NCBI GenBank assembly: GCA_029862125.1 | Contig: JAOTXY010000010.1 | Location: forward strand, 41-64,040 | From: Gammaproteobacteria bacterium | GTDB lineage: Bacteria > Pseudomonadota > Gammaproteobacteria > GCA-001735895 | Direction of reading: 5' to 3' | Length of the DNA: 64,000 nt | Shown: positions 49,942 through 59,667 of the stretch, piece by piece | Position numbering within the stretch: position 1 is the stretch's first letter | Layout of the letters: each line of letters starts with the position of its first letter | Program-made: the position numbers and the translations under genes | The notes under the pieces: generated by a model | Database searches by the model: none | Told to the model about the DNA's origin: nothing | The model's input: only the letters and a program-made list of their open reading frames with translations

Positions 49942-51312
49942 TTAACTGTAAAACATGTCGCGGTACATGCCCTCGGCCCAGGCCAGGCTGGCCTGGCCAC
50001 CCTGTGTATCCCAGCGCTCGATTAAATGCGTACGGTCGAACGCGAACTCGCCGGTTTTGTCGCTGAACTTGTAGTAGGTAATGATGCTCATCGCGCGCAG
50101 CGGATCTATGTCGACCGCGGAAAAACACATGGTTTGCGGGCTGCGCCAGCGCACCTCCTTGTCGAGTGCGTGCGCGGCGACCACCTCGGCGACATACTGC
50201 GCTTCCGAGTGTGCGGTATGGCCGCCCTTGGAAAAGGGTTGCGAACGCGAATCGCCGGTCACGTAAACGCGTTCGTCGTCGAGCAGGTGATAACGAAACG
50301 GGTCGGTATTGGCCGCCTTTTGCGGGCTGATCGGACTGGCGATGCCGTTATCCTCGATCAGGCGCGACGCGCGCACCGGCGGGTAAATAATCGCGTCGTC
50401 GAAATCGTACTCGTCAAACTCGGTTTCGACGCGGCGGCCTTCAATGTCGATGTTGGTGATCTCGGAACTCGACAGGTACTCGATGTAATCGCCGTAGAGC
50501 TCGGCAAAGGCGCGCGCGAAACCGGCCTTCTTGATGCGAATTTCGGCATTCATGTCGAGCAGCAGAATTTTTGCGCGCACGCGCTGGCGCTTGAACAGAG
50601 CCGCCACCATGCAGGCGCGCTCATAGGGCGCTGCCGTACAGCGAAAATCGCCGTTAGGCACGTTGAGCAGGAAGGTGCCGCCGCTGAAGCGATGAATCTT
50701 GCGTTTAATTGTCAACAGTTCCGAGCTCGAGACGAAACCGCCGGGATATCGGTGAAACAGCAGGTTTTGCGCCTCGGTATCCTCGATCCCGATGCGCCCG
50801 TAGTCGTATTCGATGCCGGGCGCGAGCACCAGATAATCGTAGTCGACGAAACCTTTTTCGGTGTAGACGCGGCGGGTCTCGCGATCGAAACCGAGCACGG
50901 TCGCCTGCATGAAGTGATAATCGTGGTTATTCGCAGCATCGAAAAAACTGTGACTCAGAAAATCGAGATCGACCTGGTCGGCGAGCCATGAATTGCTAAT
51001 TGGAAAGGACACGAATGCCGACTGTCGATCGATCAATATTACGTCAAAGCCGGGATTGAAAAGGCGCAGGTACTTTGCCATCGTCAGCCCCGACCAGCCG
51101 CCACCGACGATCACGACGCGTGCCCCCCGGGGCCTTGGCAAGGTGGCCTTGCGCAACAGGCTGTTGAGCGCGGGCGCCTGGCACATTTCGTTATTATCCG
51201 CGCCCGTAGCGACGTTGGCGCTAACCGTAGTCGCCGCGAGCGCGACGCCGGAAGCCTGCAGAAATCTGCGTCGCTCGAGATCGGTGTTTTCTTTCATCTT
51301 TGGAGCCTTCAT
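49942..51312 (-). CDS. Second, divergent FccB/SoxF-like flavoprotein
   Basis: Tat RRRFLQ, GGGWSG, FRCTAAPYERA, TMCFS; FVSFPISN in place of the CPFSN motif. Confidence 0.85.
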   Translation of the reverse strand: MKAPKMKENTDLERRRFLQASGVALAATTVSANVATGADNNEMCQAPALNSLLRKATLPRPRGARVVIVGGGWSGLTMAKYLRLFNPGFDVILIDRQSAFVSFPISNSWLADQVDLDFLSHSFFDAANNHDYHFMQATVLGFDRETRRVYTEKGFVDYDYLVLAPGIEYDYGRIGIEDTEAQNLLFHRYPGGFVSSSELLTIKRKIHRFSGGTFLLNVPNGDFRCTAAPYERACMVAALFKRQRVRAKILLLDMNAEIRIKKAGFARAFAELYGDYIEYLSSSEITNIDIEGRRVETEFDEYDFDDAIIYPPVRASRLIEDNGIASPISPQKAANTDPFRYHLLDDERVYVTGDSRSQPFSKGGHTAHSEAQYVAEVVAAHALDKEVRWRSPQTMCFSAVDIDPLRAMSIITYYKFSDKTGEFAFDRTHLIERWDTQGGQASLAWAEGMYRDMFYS

Positions 51313-52010
51313 TTGAAATCGGGATTACGCCAGGCCGTATCAGGCGCGAGATCGGATGCTGGCACCGGCAGATGCGATACGTAGTTCAACACCTGGTCGA
51401 AATCCTGTTCCGACAGCGTCGTGAACAGGTTGGCCATCACCGGTGCGACCCGGCGCAGGCGGTCGCGCGCCAGGCGCGCCTGGCGTTTCATGTAGGTATA
51501 GTGCTGTCCTTGCAGGCGCGGATAGGACAGCTCGTTTTTGCCTTCGCCGTACTGCCCGTGGCAGCTAATGCAGTATTGCCGGTAGAGTCTTTTACCGGAT
51601 TCGTATTCTTCGCTGTCGACGGGCCATGGTCCGCGGTTGTGCATAGGGTTCATCGGCAATGTCGAAATGTAGGCAACCACGTCGCTCAGATTCTGGTAAC
51701 CGCCGATGGTGCGTTCCTGCACGAACGGCTGCATCGTTGGGTTGGCGCGCTGCCCGCTGCGTATATCGAGTAATTGTTTCATCAGCACGTTGACATGCTG
51801 CCCGGCGATCTGCGGATAGGTACCGTCGTCGTTGCCCCAGGCCTCGGGCAGGTGGCAGCGCGCGCAGATTTCGAAACTGCGACGACCGTTGTCGAGGTCG
51901 GGTGTGAATTCGAGCACCACGCGAATCGGCTCGACGGCAGCCAGTTTCGACGAAAATACCAAAACCAGTATGCAAAGGCTGTAGCAAAGCGTTATATGTA
52001 TCCTGTTCAT
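51309..52010 (-). CDS. Diheme cytochrome c4
   Basis: Signal peptide, CARCH and CISCH, YPQIAGQH, YPRLQGQH; 4-nt overlap with the flavoprotein gene. Confidence 0.92.
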   Translation of the reverse strand: MNRIHITLCYSLCILVLVFSSKLAAVEPIRVVLEFTPDLDNGRRSFEICARCHLPEAWGNDDGTYPQIAGQHVNVLMKQLLDIRSGQRANPTMQPFVQERTIGGYQNLSDVVAYISTLPMNPMHNRGPWPVDSEEYESGKRLYRQYCISCHGQYGEGKNELSYPRLQGQHYTYMKRQARLARDRLRRVAPVMANLFTTLSEQDFDQVLNYVSHLPVPASDLAPDTAWRNPDFK

Positions 52011-52082
52011 CAGCGGTGGCCGGATTTCCCCAGTTTAAGCGAATACTCACGATAAATTTTAGGGAAGTTGCTTATGCATCGA

Positions 52083-52096
52083 TTGATCAGCGTCAG
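52083..52096 (-). promoter_or_regulatory. FNR/Crp-family box upstream of the c4/FccB-like/rhodanese genes
   Basis: TTGAT-CAGC-GTCAG; TAAAAT 21 nt downstream on the minus strand. Confidence 0.6.
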
Positions 52097-52380
52097 GGAT
52101 TGGGCGATTGGTCGACATACGCCTTAAGCCGTAATTAGCCCGCAATTCGGATCGAATCCTTTATTTCATATATCCAGGTGCGAATCCGGAAAGGTGGCGG
52201 TGGCCATCGTCAATTTCGACAGGAACCATCAGCACAATCCCGAGGCACACGAAGAAAGCGAGGTCTTGGAGGGATCCAACCAGGCATTACTATAGAATAC
52301 GGCAGATCTGGCATTGCGCGACAGAGAAAAAGATGTCGAAGCAAATGATGCTCACCCCGCCATCGTTGCATTCATGTCTG

Positions 52381-54945
52381 TCAGGATCGCGGCAGCTTGT
52401 TTTCCGGGTCGTAAAGTGGCTTATAGCCGACCGCGGCAACCTTCATCGTAAATTGCTCGCCCAGGTATTCGGTGACCAGCTCACGGCCTTCCTCGCAATA
52501 TTCGTAGGGCAGGTAGCCCAAACCGATATTCTTGCCGATGCTAGGACCGTAGGCGATACTGCTGAGATACGAGCGACGGCCTTTTGAGTCGATCGGCACC
52601 TCGCCCGTTTCGGAATCCATCAGTGGGCACTGACCGACCGGGTAACGCGCGATGCCATTCGAGTCAACGTTGTCGTCCATCACTAACGTACACAGGTAGG
52701 CGGCCTGGTGTTCGAGCTCGCGTTGCTCGAGATAGGGCGCCTTGCCGTGGAAGTCCGCTGCCTTGACTACGGGGCGCGCCAGGCCGGCCTCGTACAGGTT
52801 GTACTCGGTCAGCAGGTCGGCGTTTTGCAGGCGCAGGCTCTTTTCCATGCGTCGGGTGTTGGCATAGGTTTCGACACCGACCGGGGTCGCGCCCTGGGCG
52901 TAGACCAGGTCCCATAGGGACAGGCCGTAGCTAAACGCCACGTGCAGTTCCCAACCCTGTTCGCCCACGTACGAAATGCGAAAGGCCTCGACCGGGATGC
53001 CCTTCAACGTAAGTTGCCGGGTTGCGGCGAACGGGAAGTTTTCATCCTCCCAGGCGGCAGGGTCGTCAGCGATTGCCTGAATCGTCTGGCGCGCATTCGG
53101 GCCCCAGACACCCAGGCAGGCCATGTGATCCGAGCGATCATCGATGTAAACGTTCCAGCCCTTGTCTTCGGCCATGCGCTTGAGCCAGATGTAGTCGCGG
53201 TGTCCCGCGTCAGCGCCGTCGATTACCCGGAAGCGGTCCTTAGCATGGCGGATCACCGTTAAGTCCGCGCGCACGCCGCCGCGTTTGTCGAGGAAGTGCG
53301 TGTAAACACCTTTGCCGATAGGCGTGTCGCCACCGACCTTGGCGACGCAGGTGAATTCCATCAGGGCCTCGGCGTCGGGCCCGATGACGTCATAGACGGC
53401 GAAATGCGACAGGTTGATCATGCCGACGTTCTCCGACATCGCGAGTTGTTCGGCATTGGATACACGCCAGAAGTGACGGTTGTCCCACTCGTGTTCACGT
53501 ACCGGTACTCGATCGCCGTATTTCTCCAGCAGCGGTTCGTTGGCGGCGTAACCGTGAGCGCGCTCCCATCCCGACAGTTCCATGAAATAACCACCCAGTT
53601 CCTGTTCGCGTGCCCAGAACGGACTGCGGCGCAGGTTGCGCCCCTTGGTATAGGGCTCGCGATTATGAACCGCGGGGTTGTAAATCTTGAACGCGGATTC
53701 GAAGCAACGATCGTAAATATAGGAAGGCGTTTTCTGAATCGGGTAGTGGCGCGCGGTGTCGATACCGAAGAAGTCCATCTCTGCGACGCCGTCGGTCATC
53801 CAGTCCACCAGCACCTTGGCGATGCCGGGGGCGTCCTTGACCCAGACCGCGATCGCGTACCAGAGGCCGCGGGTTTGTGAGGATTCGCCGATCGACGGTC
53901 CGCCGTCGGTGGTCACCTGCAGCAGACCGTTAAACGAGTGTTTCTCGTTGTAACCGATTTCGCCGAGAATCGGTGTCAGTTCCATGGCGCGCTCCAGCGG
54001 CTCCATGATCTGTTCGAGTTCGAGATCGCGCTGTGACGGTGACCAGTGGGTCTCGCCTTTTTCGGGAAGGTCACGCGGGTGTACCAGTCGAGGCTCCTTT
54101 TCTTCGTAGTAGCCCCACTCGATCTGGCCACCTTCCGGCGTTTTCGGATCGCCGGTATCGCGCATGTAGGCGGAGTTGCCCTGGTCGCGCAGCAGCGGGA
54201 AACCGATGTCCTTGCCGGTGGCTTCGAATTCAGTGTACGGTGCGAAGAAGGAGAGCGGGTGATCGACTGGCATGACCGGCAGATCCTCACCGGCCATCTC
54301 CGCGATGGTACGCCCCCACAGTCCCGTACACACGATGACGTGGTTGGCGGCAATGTAGCCGCGGCTGGTTTCCACACCGACAATGCGTCCCTCCTGGATG
54401 TCGAGGCCGGTCGCCGTGGTGTTGGCAAAGGATTGCGCCTTGCCGGTCTTGACCGCGTTATCGACCAGTATGCCGGCAACGGTTTGCGAGCGGGGTTTCA
54501 CCAGGCCCGCGTCGGGATCCCACATCGCGCCCTGGATCATGTCTTCTTCGAGCAGCGGGAACAGTTCCTTGGCCTCGGCCGCGCTGATCATTTTCACGTT
54601 GGTGCCGAAAGCCTTGCCGGAAGCAACCTTGCGCTTGAGCTCCATCATGCGGTCGTCATCGCCTTTACGCGCTACCTCGAGGCCACCGATACGCGAGTAA
54701 TGACCCATCTGGTCGAAGAACTCGATGCTGTAGTGCGTGGTGTAGCAGGTAAACTTGCTGTGATCGGTGGCATAGCAGAAATCGGAGGCGTGCGAAGTCG
54801 AGCCGCAATCGGTCGGAACCGAGGTCATGTCGATGCCGACGATATCTTCCCAGCCGCGTTCGACCAGGTGATGCATCACCGAGGCGCCGACAATGCCGCC
54901 GAGGCCGATGATGACGACGTTGGATTTATCTGGAAACTGGGCCAT
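52381..54945 (-). CDS. Dimethylglycine dehydrogenase/oxidase-like FAD + GcvT fusion protein
   Basis: IIGLGGIVG, GSTSHAS, GWER, GVWGPNAR, RISYVGEQGWE, RMEKS, PLYDPEN; start MAQFPD after AGGAG. Confidence 0.88.
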   Translation of the reverse strand: MAQFPDKSNVVIIGLGGIVGASVMHHLVERGWEDIVGIDMTSVPTDCGSTSHASDFCYATDHSKFTCYTTHYSIEFFDQMGHYSRIGGLEVARKGDDDRMMELKRKVASGKAFGTNVKMISAAEAKELFPLLEEDMIQGAMWDPDAGLVKPRSQTVAGILVDNAVKTGKAQSFANTTATGLDIQEGRIVGVETSRGYIAANHVIVCTGLWGRTIAEMAGEDLPVMPVDHPLSFFAPYTEFEATGKDIGFPLLRDQGNSAYMRDTGDPKTPEGGQIEWGYYEEKEPRLVHPRDLPEKGETHWSPSQRDLELEQIMEPLERAMELTPILGEIGYNEKHSFNGLLQVTTDGGPSIGESSQTRGLWYAIAVWVKDAPGIAKVLVDWMTDGVAEMDFFGIDTARHYPIQKTPSYIYDRCFESAFKIYNPAVHNREPYTKGRNLRRSPFWAREQELGGYFMELSGWERAHGYAANEPLLEKYGDRVPVREHEWDNRHFWRVSNAEQLAMSENVGMINLSHFAVYDVIGPDAEALMEFTCVAKVGGDTPIGKGVYTHFLDKRGGVRADLTVIRHAKDRFRVIDGADAGHRDYIWLKRMAEDKGWNVYIDDRSDHMACLGVWGPNARQTIQAIADDPAAWEDENFPFAATRQLTLKGIPVEAFRISYVGEQGWELHVAFSYGLSLWDLVYAQGATPVGVETYANTRRMEKSLRLQNADLLTEYNLYEAGLARPVVKAADFHGKAPYLEQRELEHQAAYLCTLVMDDNVDSNGIARYPVGQCPLMDSETGEVPIDSKGRRSYLSSIAYGPSIGKNIGLGYLPYEYCEEGRELVTEYLGEQFTMKVAAVGYKPLYDPENKLPRS

Positions 54946-55154
54946 GTATATTCTCCTGATGGCGGCCGACTGGCGCGGGCAAAAAGTGTACTCAGTTTCG
55001 AAATGCCGCACAAGCTCGGTACCGCGATCGACTCTGATTAGTACTTCGTTGACAAAGATCACACACCCTGGTCCAAATTAGCTTATCATGTGAGAGTCTG
55101 GTCCGGTTTCCGGACAGGTGTTAACTAAACCATGGCCAATTTGGGGTAAGTTAA

Positions 55155-55583
55155 ATGAAACTAGCTGAATTGATACGTGGCAAAAGCCATGAAATCGTCA
55201 AGATCAGGTCAGATAAAAATATCGCGGAAGCCGCGATCGCACTGACCGAATATAAAATCGGAGCACTATTGGTCGAAGATCAGGACGGTACCATTGCCGG
55301 TATCCTGTCGGAGCGGGACATTGTCGGTGGTATGGCCCCTCACGGTGCTGATTTGCACGACGTCGCGGTATCCGAGTTGATGACCACGAATGTGATTCGA
55401 TGTTCACCGAATGATTCTGTCAACGAGGCGATGGCGATGATGACCGATCGCCGCATCCGCCATCTGCCGGTTTTTGAAGGCGATGAACTGGTCGGATTCA
55501 TCAGCATCGGTGACCTGGTCAAATGCCGAATCATGGAAGTCCAGTCTGAAGCAGAGGCGCTACGTCAGTACATCGCGTCCTGA
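55155..55583 (+). CDS. CBS-domain protein
   Basis: IGALLV, GILSERD, IRHLPV, ISIGDLVK. Confidence 0.93.
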   Translation: MKLAELIRGKSHEIVKIRSDKNIAEAAIALTEYKIGALLVEDQDGTIAGILSERDIVGGMAPHGADLHDVAVSELMTTNVIRCSPNDSVNEAMAMMTDRRIRHLPVFEGDELVGFISIGDLVKCRIMEVQSEAEALRQYIAS

Positions 55584-55622
55584 TCCTGCCGGGACCTGTT
55601 GGCCCCGACAGTATTTTTACGC

Positions 55623-56894
55623 TTACTTCGCAGCATCCAGCGCCTGGTCAATATCGGCAATAATGTCTTTCACATTTTCAATGCCGATCGATAAGCGCAC
55701 CAGGTCCGGAGAAACACCCGAAGCCGCCAACTCTTCATCGGCAAGCTGACGGTGTGTGGTTGAAGCCGGGTGACAGGCCAACGATTTGGCATCACCGATA
55801 TTTACCAGGCGGGTGATCAACTGCAGCGCATCGATAAACCTGGTACCGGCTTCGATTCCGCCGTTGATACCGAATGACAGAATCCCGGAGGCCTTACCGC
55901 CCATGTACTTGTCGGCGAGCGCTTTATGAGGACTGTTTTCCAGGCCCGCGTAGCGCACCCATTCAACCCCGGAATGCCCCTCGAGGTGTTGCGCGACCGT
56001 AAGCGTGTTCTCGCAGATTCGATCCATCCGCAGCGGCAGCGTTTCCAGACCCTGCAGCGCAAGGAAGGTATTCATCGGTGCCAGTGCCGCACCCATGTTA
56101 CGCAATGGTACGACGCGTGCACGCAATATGTAAGGTGGCAAACCGGTTTCGGTAAAGACAACACCATGGTAGGAAACATCGGGCTCGTTCAGGCGCTTGA
56201 AGCGCTCTTTGTTCGCTACCCAGTCGAACTTGTTGGAATCGACAATCATGCCACCAATAATTGTTCCGTGGCCACCGATGTACTTGGTCAGTGAATGCAC
56301 CACGATATCCGCGCCCCATTCGATCGGTCGGCACAAATAAGGAGATGGAACTGTATTGTCGACGATTAACGGTATGCCGTGCGCGTGGGCAATTTCGGCG
56401 ACTTTTTCGATGTCGAGAATATTACCTGCTGGATTACCCAGTGACTCACAGTAAACAGCCTTGGTCCTGCCGTCGATCAGTGCCGCCATCGCATCCAGGT
56501 TTTCAGGGTCGGCAAAACGAACCTCGATCCCCATTTGCGGGAAAGTATGGGCAAACAGGTTGTAGGTGCCGCCGTAAAGCGTGGACATACTGATGAAATT
56601 GTCACCTGCCTCGGCGATGGTTTGAATCGCGTAAGTCGTGGCCGCCTGGCCGGAAGCCAGCGCGAGCCCTGCGACGCCGCCTTCCATGTCAGAGATGCGC
56701 TGTTCCAGCACATCGTTGGTTGGATTCATGATGCGCGTATAAATATTGCCGAGCACCGCGAGATTGAACAGATCCGCGCCATGCTGGGTGTTATCAAATG
56801 CGTAGGCCGTGGTCTGGTAAATCGGAACGGCGACTGCGTTGGTTGTGGGATCGGGGCTATAGCCGGAATGGACTGCCTTGGTTTCGATTTCCAT
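55623..56894 (-). CDS. metY: O-acetylhomoserine aminocarboxypropyltransferase (sulfhydrylase)
   Basis: PIYQTT, IYTRIMNPT, HSLTKYIGGHG (PLP Lys), NIGDAKSL, HPASTTHRQL. Confidence 0.9.
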   Translation of the reverse strand: MEIETKAVHSGYSPDPTTNAVAVPIYQTTAYAFDNTQHGADLFNLAVLGNIYTRIMNPTNDVLEQRISDMEGGVAGLALASGQAATTYAIQTIAEAGDNFISMSTLYGGTYNLFAHTFPQMGIEVRFADPENLDAMAALIDGRTKAVYCESLGNPAGNILDIEKVAEIAHAHGIPLIVDNTVPSPYLCRPIEWGADIVVHSLTKYIGGHGTIIGGMIVDSNKFDWVANKERFKRLNEPDVSYHGVVFTETGLPPYILRARVVPLRNMGAALAPMNTFLALQGLETLPLRMDRICENTLTVAQHLEGHSGVEWVRYAGLENSPHKALADKYMGGKASGILSFGINGGIEAGTRFIDALQLITRLVNIGDAKSLACHPASTTHRQLADEELAASGVSPDLVRLSIGIENVKDIIADIDQALDAAK

Positions 56895-57031
56895 TTTGTT
56901 CTCCTGTTTTTTTGATCAGCATTATAATTGTGCGCTTATTCTATTCCTTTATTGCCGTTAACCCAATTCCAGATTTACGCGGGCGCGTCGAGCGTATTCT
57001 CAAGACGCGATAAGTATCCGGATAGAACCCA

Positions 57032-57928
57032 TTATCCCGCAGTCGCCGCCAGTTTCGCTTCGCGGTGAAATACATACATTCCAGAGCCGACTATTATCGC
57101 TACCCCCAGCCAGGTCACGGTATCCGGGAATTCGTCAAAGATGACCAGCCCCAGGATCGTCGCGCCGATGATTTCGACATACTGAAACGGGGCGAGGATG
57201 CCAATCGATGCCAGTCGGTAAGCGTAGACGACGAGCAGATGGCACACCGTTGCGATCAGTCCCAGTGCGCCGAGCAACATCCAGTGATCGGTCGTCGGCC
57301 AGGCGGCGGTCAGTATTAAAACCCCCTGGGCAGTGCCGTAGCTGAGGGCAATACTCATGACCAGGCAGCCGAATATCCCGGCAAAAAACTGGAGTCGGAT
57401 CGGGTCCTCGTGCCTGACCAGCTTGCGTGTCAGCACGATATAAAAAGAGAAACAAAAAGCTGCAGCCACCGGGTACAGGGCCGCGAAGCCCACCTCGCTA
57501 AAAGTCGGGCGAATGATAATCAGGGCGCCGACAAAGCCGAAGCTTATTGCTGATATCCGCCGCCAGTGAATGGCTTCCTTGAAAAATAGTGCCGACAACA
57601 ATGTGACCAGTAATGGTTCGATAAAAAAGATAGCGATCGCATCAGCCAATGGCAAATAGGCCAGCCCGGAGAAGAAAAACAGTGTCGCGAACGCGATCAG
57701 CGAACCACGGGCGGCGTGCAGGGCGAGCGCTGGTGTAAACCAGGGTCCCCGTGTTTTAAGCAGCAGTGGCGACATTAATATGATCTGGAAGAAAAAACGA
57801 CTCCAGGTAACCTGTCCTGAAGATACCGATCCCGATAGCCATTTTGCGATCGCATCGATGCCGGGCAGCATCAGCATTGCAGCGATCATCATCACCATCG
57901 CGCTGGCAGTTGAATTCTTGTGGATCAT
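57032..57928 (-). CDS. DMT/EamA family transporter
   Basis: DAIAKWL, LPLADAIAIFFIEP, LAPFQY, FDEFPD. Confidence 0.9.
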   Translation of the reverse strand: MIHKNSTASAMVMMIAAMLMLPGIDAIAKWLSGSVSSGQVTWSRFFFQIILMSPLLLKTRGPWFTPALALHAARGSLIAFATLFFFSGLAYLPLADAIAIFFIEPLLVTLLSALFFKEAIHWRRISAISFGFVGALIIIRPTFSEVGFAALYPVAAAFCFSFYIVLTRKLVRHEDPIRLQFFAGIFGCLVMSIALSYGTAQGVLILTAAWPTTDHWMLLGALGLIATVCHLLVVYAYRLASIGILAPFQYVEIIGATILGLVIFDEFPDTVTWLGVAIIVGSGMYVFHREAKLAATAG

Positions 57929-58119
57929 TGAGTGCAGTCGAAACCTTGAGCGAGGCCCGCAGTCTAGTTGAATAAGCGGTTCTCTGGAACCGCAGATGGC
58001 TGTATCAAATGCGCCATCGATTTAGCTTTAACCGACCACGCCCGCGCTTCGGGCGCTTTTCGCTTTACCCAATGTCAGCAGGCTTGATATGCTACGCGCC
58101 TCGTAAATTCAGGTTCATC

Positions 58120-59370
58120 ATGAGCAAGTACTCCATTTTCTCACTGGTGCGTAACGCGATCAGTTACCACGAAAACTGGGCCGCCGCGTGGCGCAGTCCA
58201 GAGCCGCAGCAGGAGTACGATGCGCTGATTATCGGTGGTGGCGGTCACGGGCTCGCAACCGCTTACTACCTGGCTAAAGAGCACGGCATGACCAACATCG
58301 CGGTGCTAGAAAAAGGCTGGATTGGTGGTGGCAACACGGGACGTAACACCACCATCGTACGTTCCAATTACCTGTGGGATGAGTCGGCGCATCTGTATGA
58401 AAAATCGATGCAGCTGTGGGAAGGCTTGAGCCAGGATCTGAATTACAACGTCATGTTCAGCCAGCGCGGCGTTTATAACCTGGGGCATAACCTGCAGGAC
58501 ATGCGCGATATCCAGCGCCGTGTCAACGCCAATCGTCTGAACGGTATCGACGGGCACGTTGTCAATCCGGAAGAGATCAAGCGCGCGATACCCGAGATCA
58601 ATATCGACCAGGGATGCCGCTATCCAATCCTGGGCGCATCTTTCCAACCCCGCGGCGGGGTCGCGCGCCATGACGCAGTAGCCTGGGGCTTTGCGCGCGG
58701 CGCCGATATGCGCGGCGTTGATATCATTCAAAACTGTGAGGTAACCGCGATCAACCAGAAAAACGGGGCGGTTACCGGTGTCGAGACCACGCGTGGCCGG
58801 ATCAAGGCGAAGAAAATTGGCGTCGTGGTCGCCGGACACTGTTCGGTACTAGCCGAGATGGCCGGTTTTCGCATGCCGATCGAAAGTCATCCGCTGCAGG
58901 CGCTGGTGTCGGAACCGATCAAACCTGTAATCAACACGGTGATCATGTCGAACGCCGTGCATGGCTATATCAGCCAATCCGACAAGGGTGATCTCGTTAT
59001 CGGTGCCGGCATCGACAGTTACAATGGCTATGGTCAGCGCGGTAGCTTCCCGACGATCGAGCATACCGTCGCGGCAATCTGCGAAATGTTCCCCATCTTC
59101 AAACGCGTGCGCATGAACCGCCAGTGGGGCGGTATCGTCGATACCGCGCCCGACGCCTGTCCGATTATCGGCAATACCCCGGTCAAGGGACTTTACTTCA
59201 ACTGCGGCTGGGGCACCGGTGGTTTCAAAGCCACCCCCGGTTCCGGCTGGGTGTTTGCCCACAATGTCGCCACCGGCGAACCACACGAACTTAACCGGCC
59301 ATTTGCGCTGGATCGTTTCGTTAGCGGTTTCCTCATCGACGAGCACGGCGCTGCCGGCGTTGCGCATTAG
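58120..59370 (+). CDS. soxB: Heterotetrameric sarcosine oxidase beta subunit (not thiosulfate SoxB)
   Basis: [62 protein letters not shown]. Confidence 0.95.
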   Translation: MSKYSIFSLVRNAISYHENWAAAWRSPEPQQEYDALIIGGGGHGLATAYYLAKEHGMTNIAVLEKGWIGGGNTGRNTTIVRSNYLWDESAHLYEKSMQLWEGLSQDLNYNVMFSQRGVYNLGHNLQDMRDIQRRVNANRLNGIDGHVVNPEEIKRAIPEINIDQGCRYPILGASFQPRGGVARHDAVAWGFARGADMRGVDIIQNCEVTAINQKNGAVTGVETTRGRIKAKKIGVVVAGHCSVLAEMAGFRMPIESHPLQALVSEPIKPVINTVIMSNAVHGYISQSDKGDLVIGAGIDSYNGYGQRGSFPTIEHTVAAICEMFPIFKRVRMNRQWGGIVDTAPDACPIIGNTPVKGLYFNCGWGTGGFKATPGSGWVFAHNVATGEPHELNRPFALDRFVSGFLIDEHGAAGVAH

Positions 59371-59382
59371 GAGACATGCAAG

Positions 59383-59667
59383 ATGTTGCTAATTGAATGC
59401 CCCTGGTGTGGCGTACGTGATGAAACTGAATTTACCTGTGCCGGCGAAGCGCATATCGCAAGACCGCTCGAAACCGAGAAGTTAAGCGACGAGGAATGGG
59501 CCGACTACCTGTTCATGCGCAACAACCCGAAGGGTGCTCACCGCGAACAATGGTTGCACGCAGCCGGTTGCCGTCGCTACTTCAATGCCGAGCGCGATAC
59601 TGTGACCTACCAGATCAAGGGCACCTACAAGATTGGTGAAAAGCCTCCCGGAAGAGGCAAGAAGTGA
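59383..59667 (+). CDS. soxD: Sarcosine oxidase delta subunit
   Basis: CPWCG, GEAHIARP, EQWLHAAGC, RDTVT. Confidence 0.95.
   Translation: MLLIECPWCGVRDETEFTCAGEAHIARPLETEKLSDEEWADYLFMRNNPKGAHREQWLHAAGCRRYFNAERDTVTYQIKGTYKIGEKPPGRGKK

Noticed and set aside
40551..52380. Active integrative element or prophage
   Set aside because: No integrase, transposase, conjugation or phage genes; the flanking repeats are diverged, so at most an old scar.
52011..52380. ncRNA or riboswitch in the long intergenic gap (also 39480-39917 and 20297-20496)
   Set aside because: No recognisable conserved motif or convincing structure by eye; an Rfam/Infernal scan would be needed.
54046..55041. Long antisense ORFs (also 50026-50991, 31715-32548, 41544-42260)
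   Set aside because: Shadow frames opposite well-supported genes, with no recognisable motifs.
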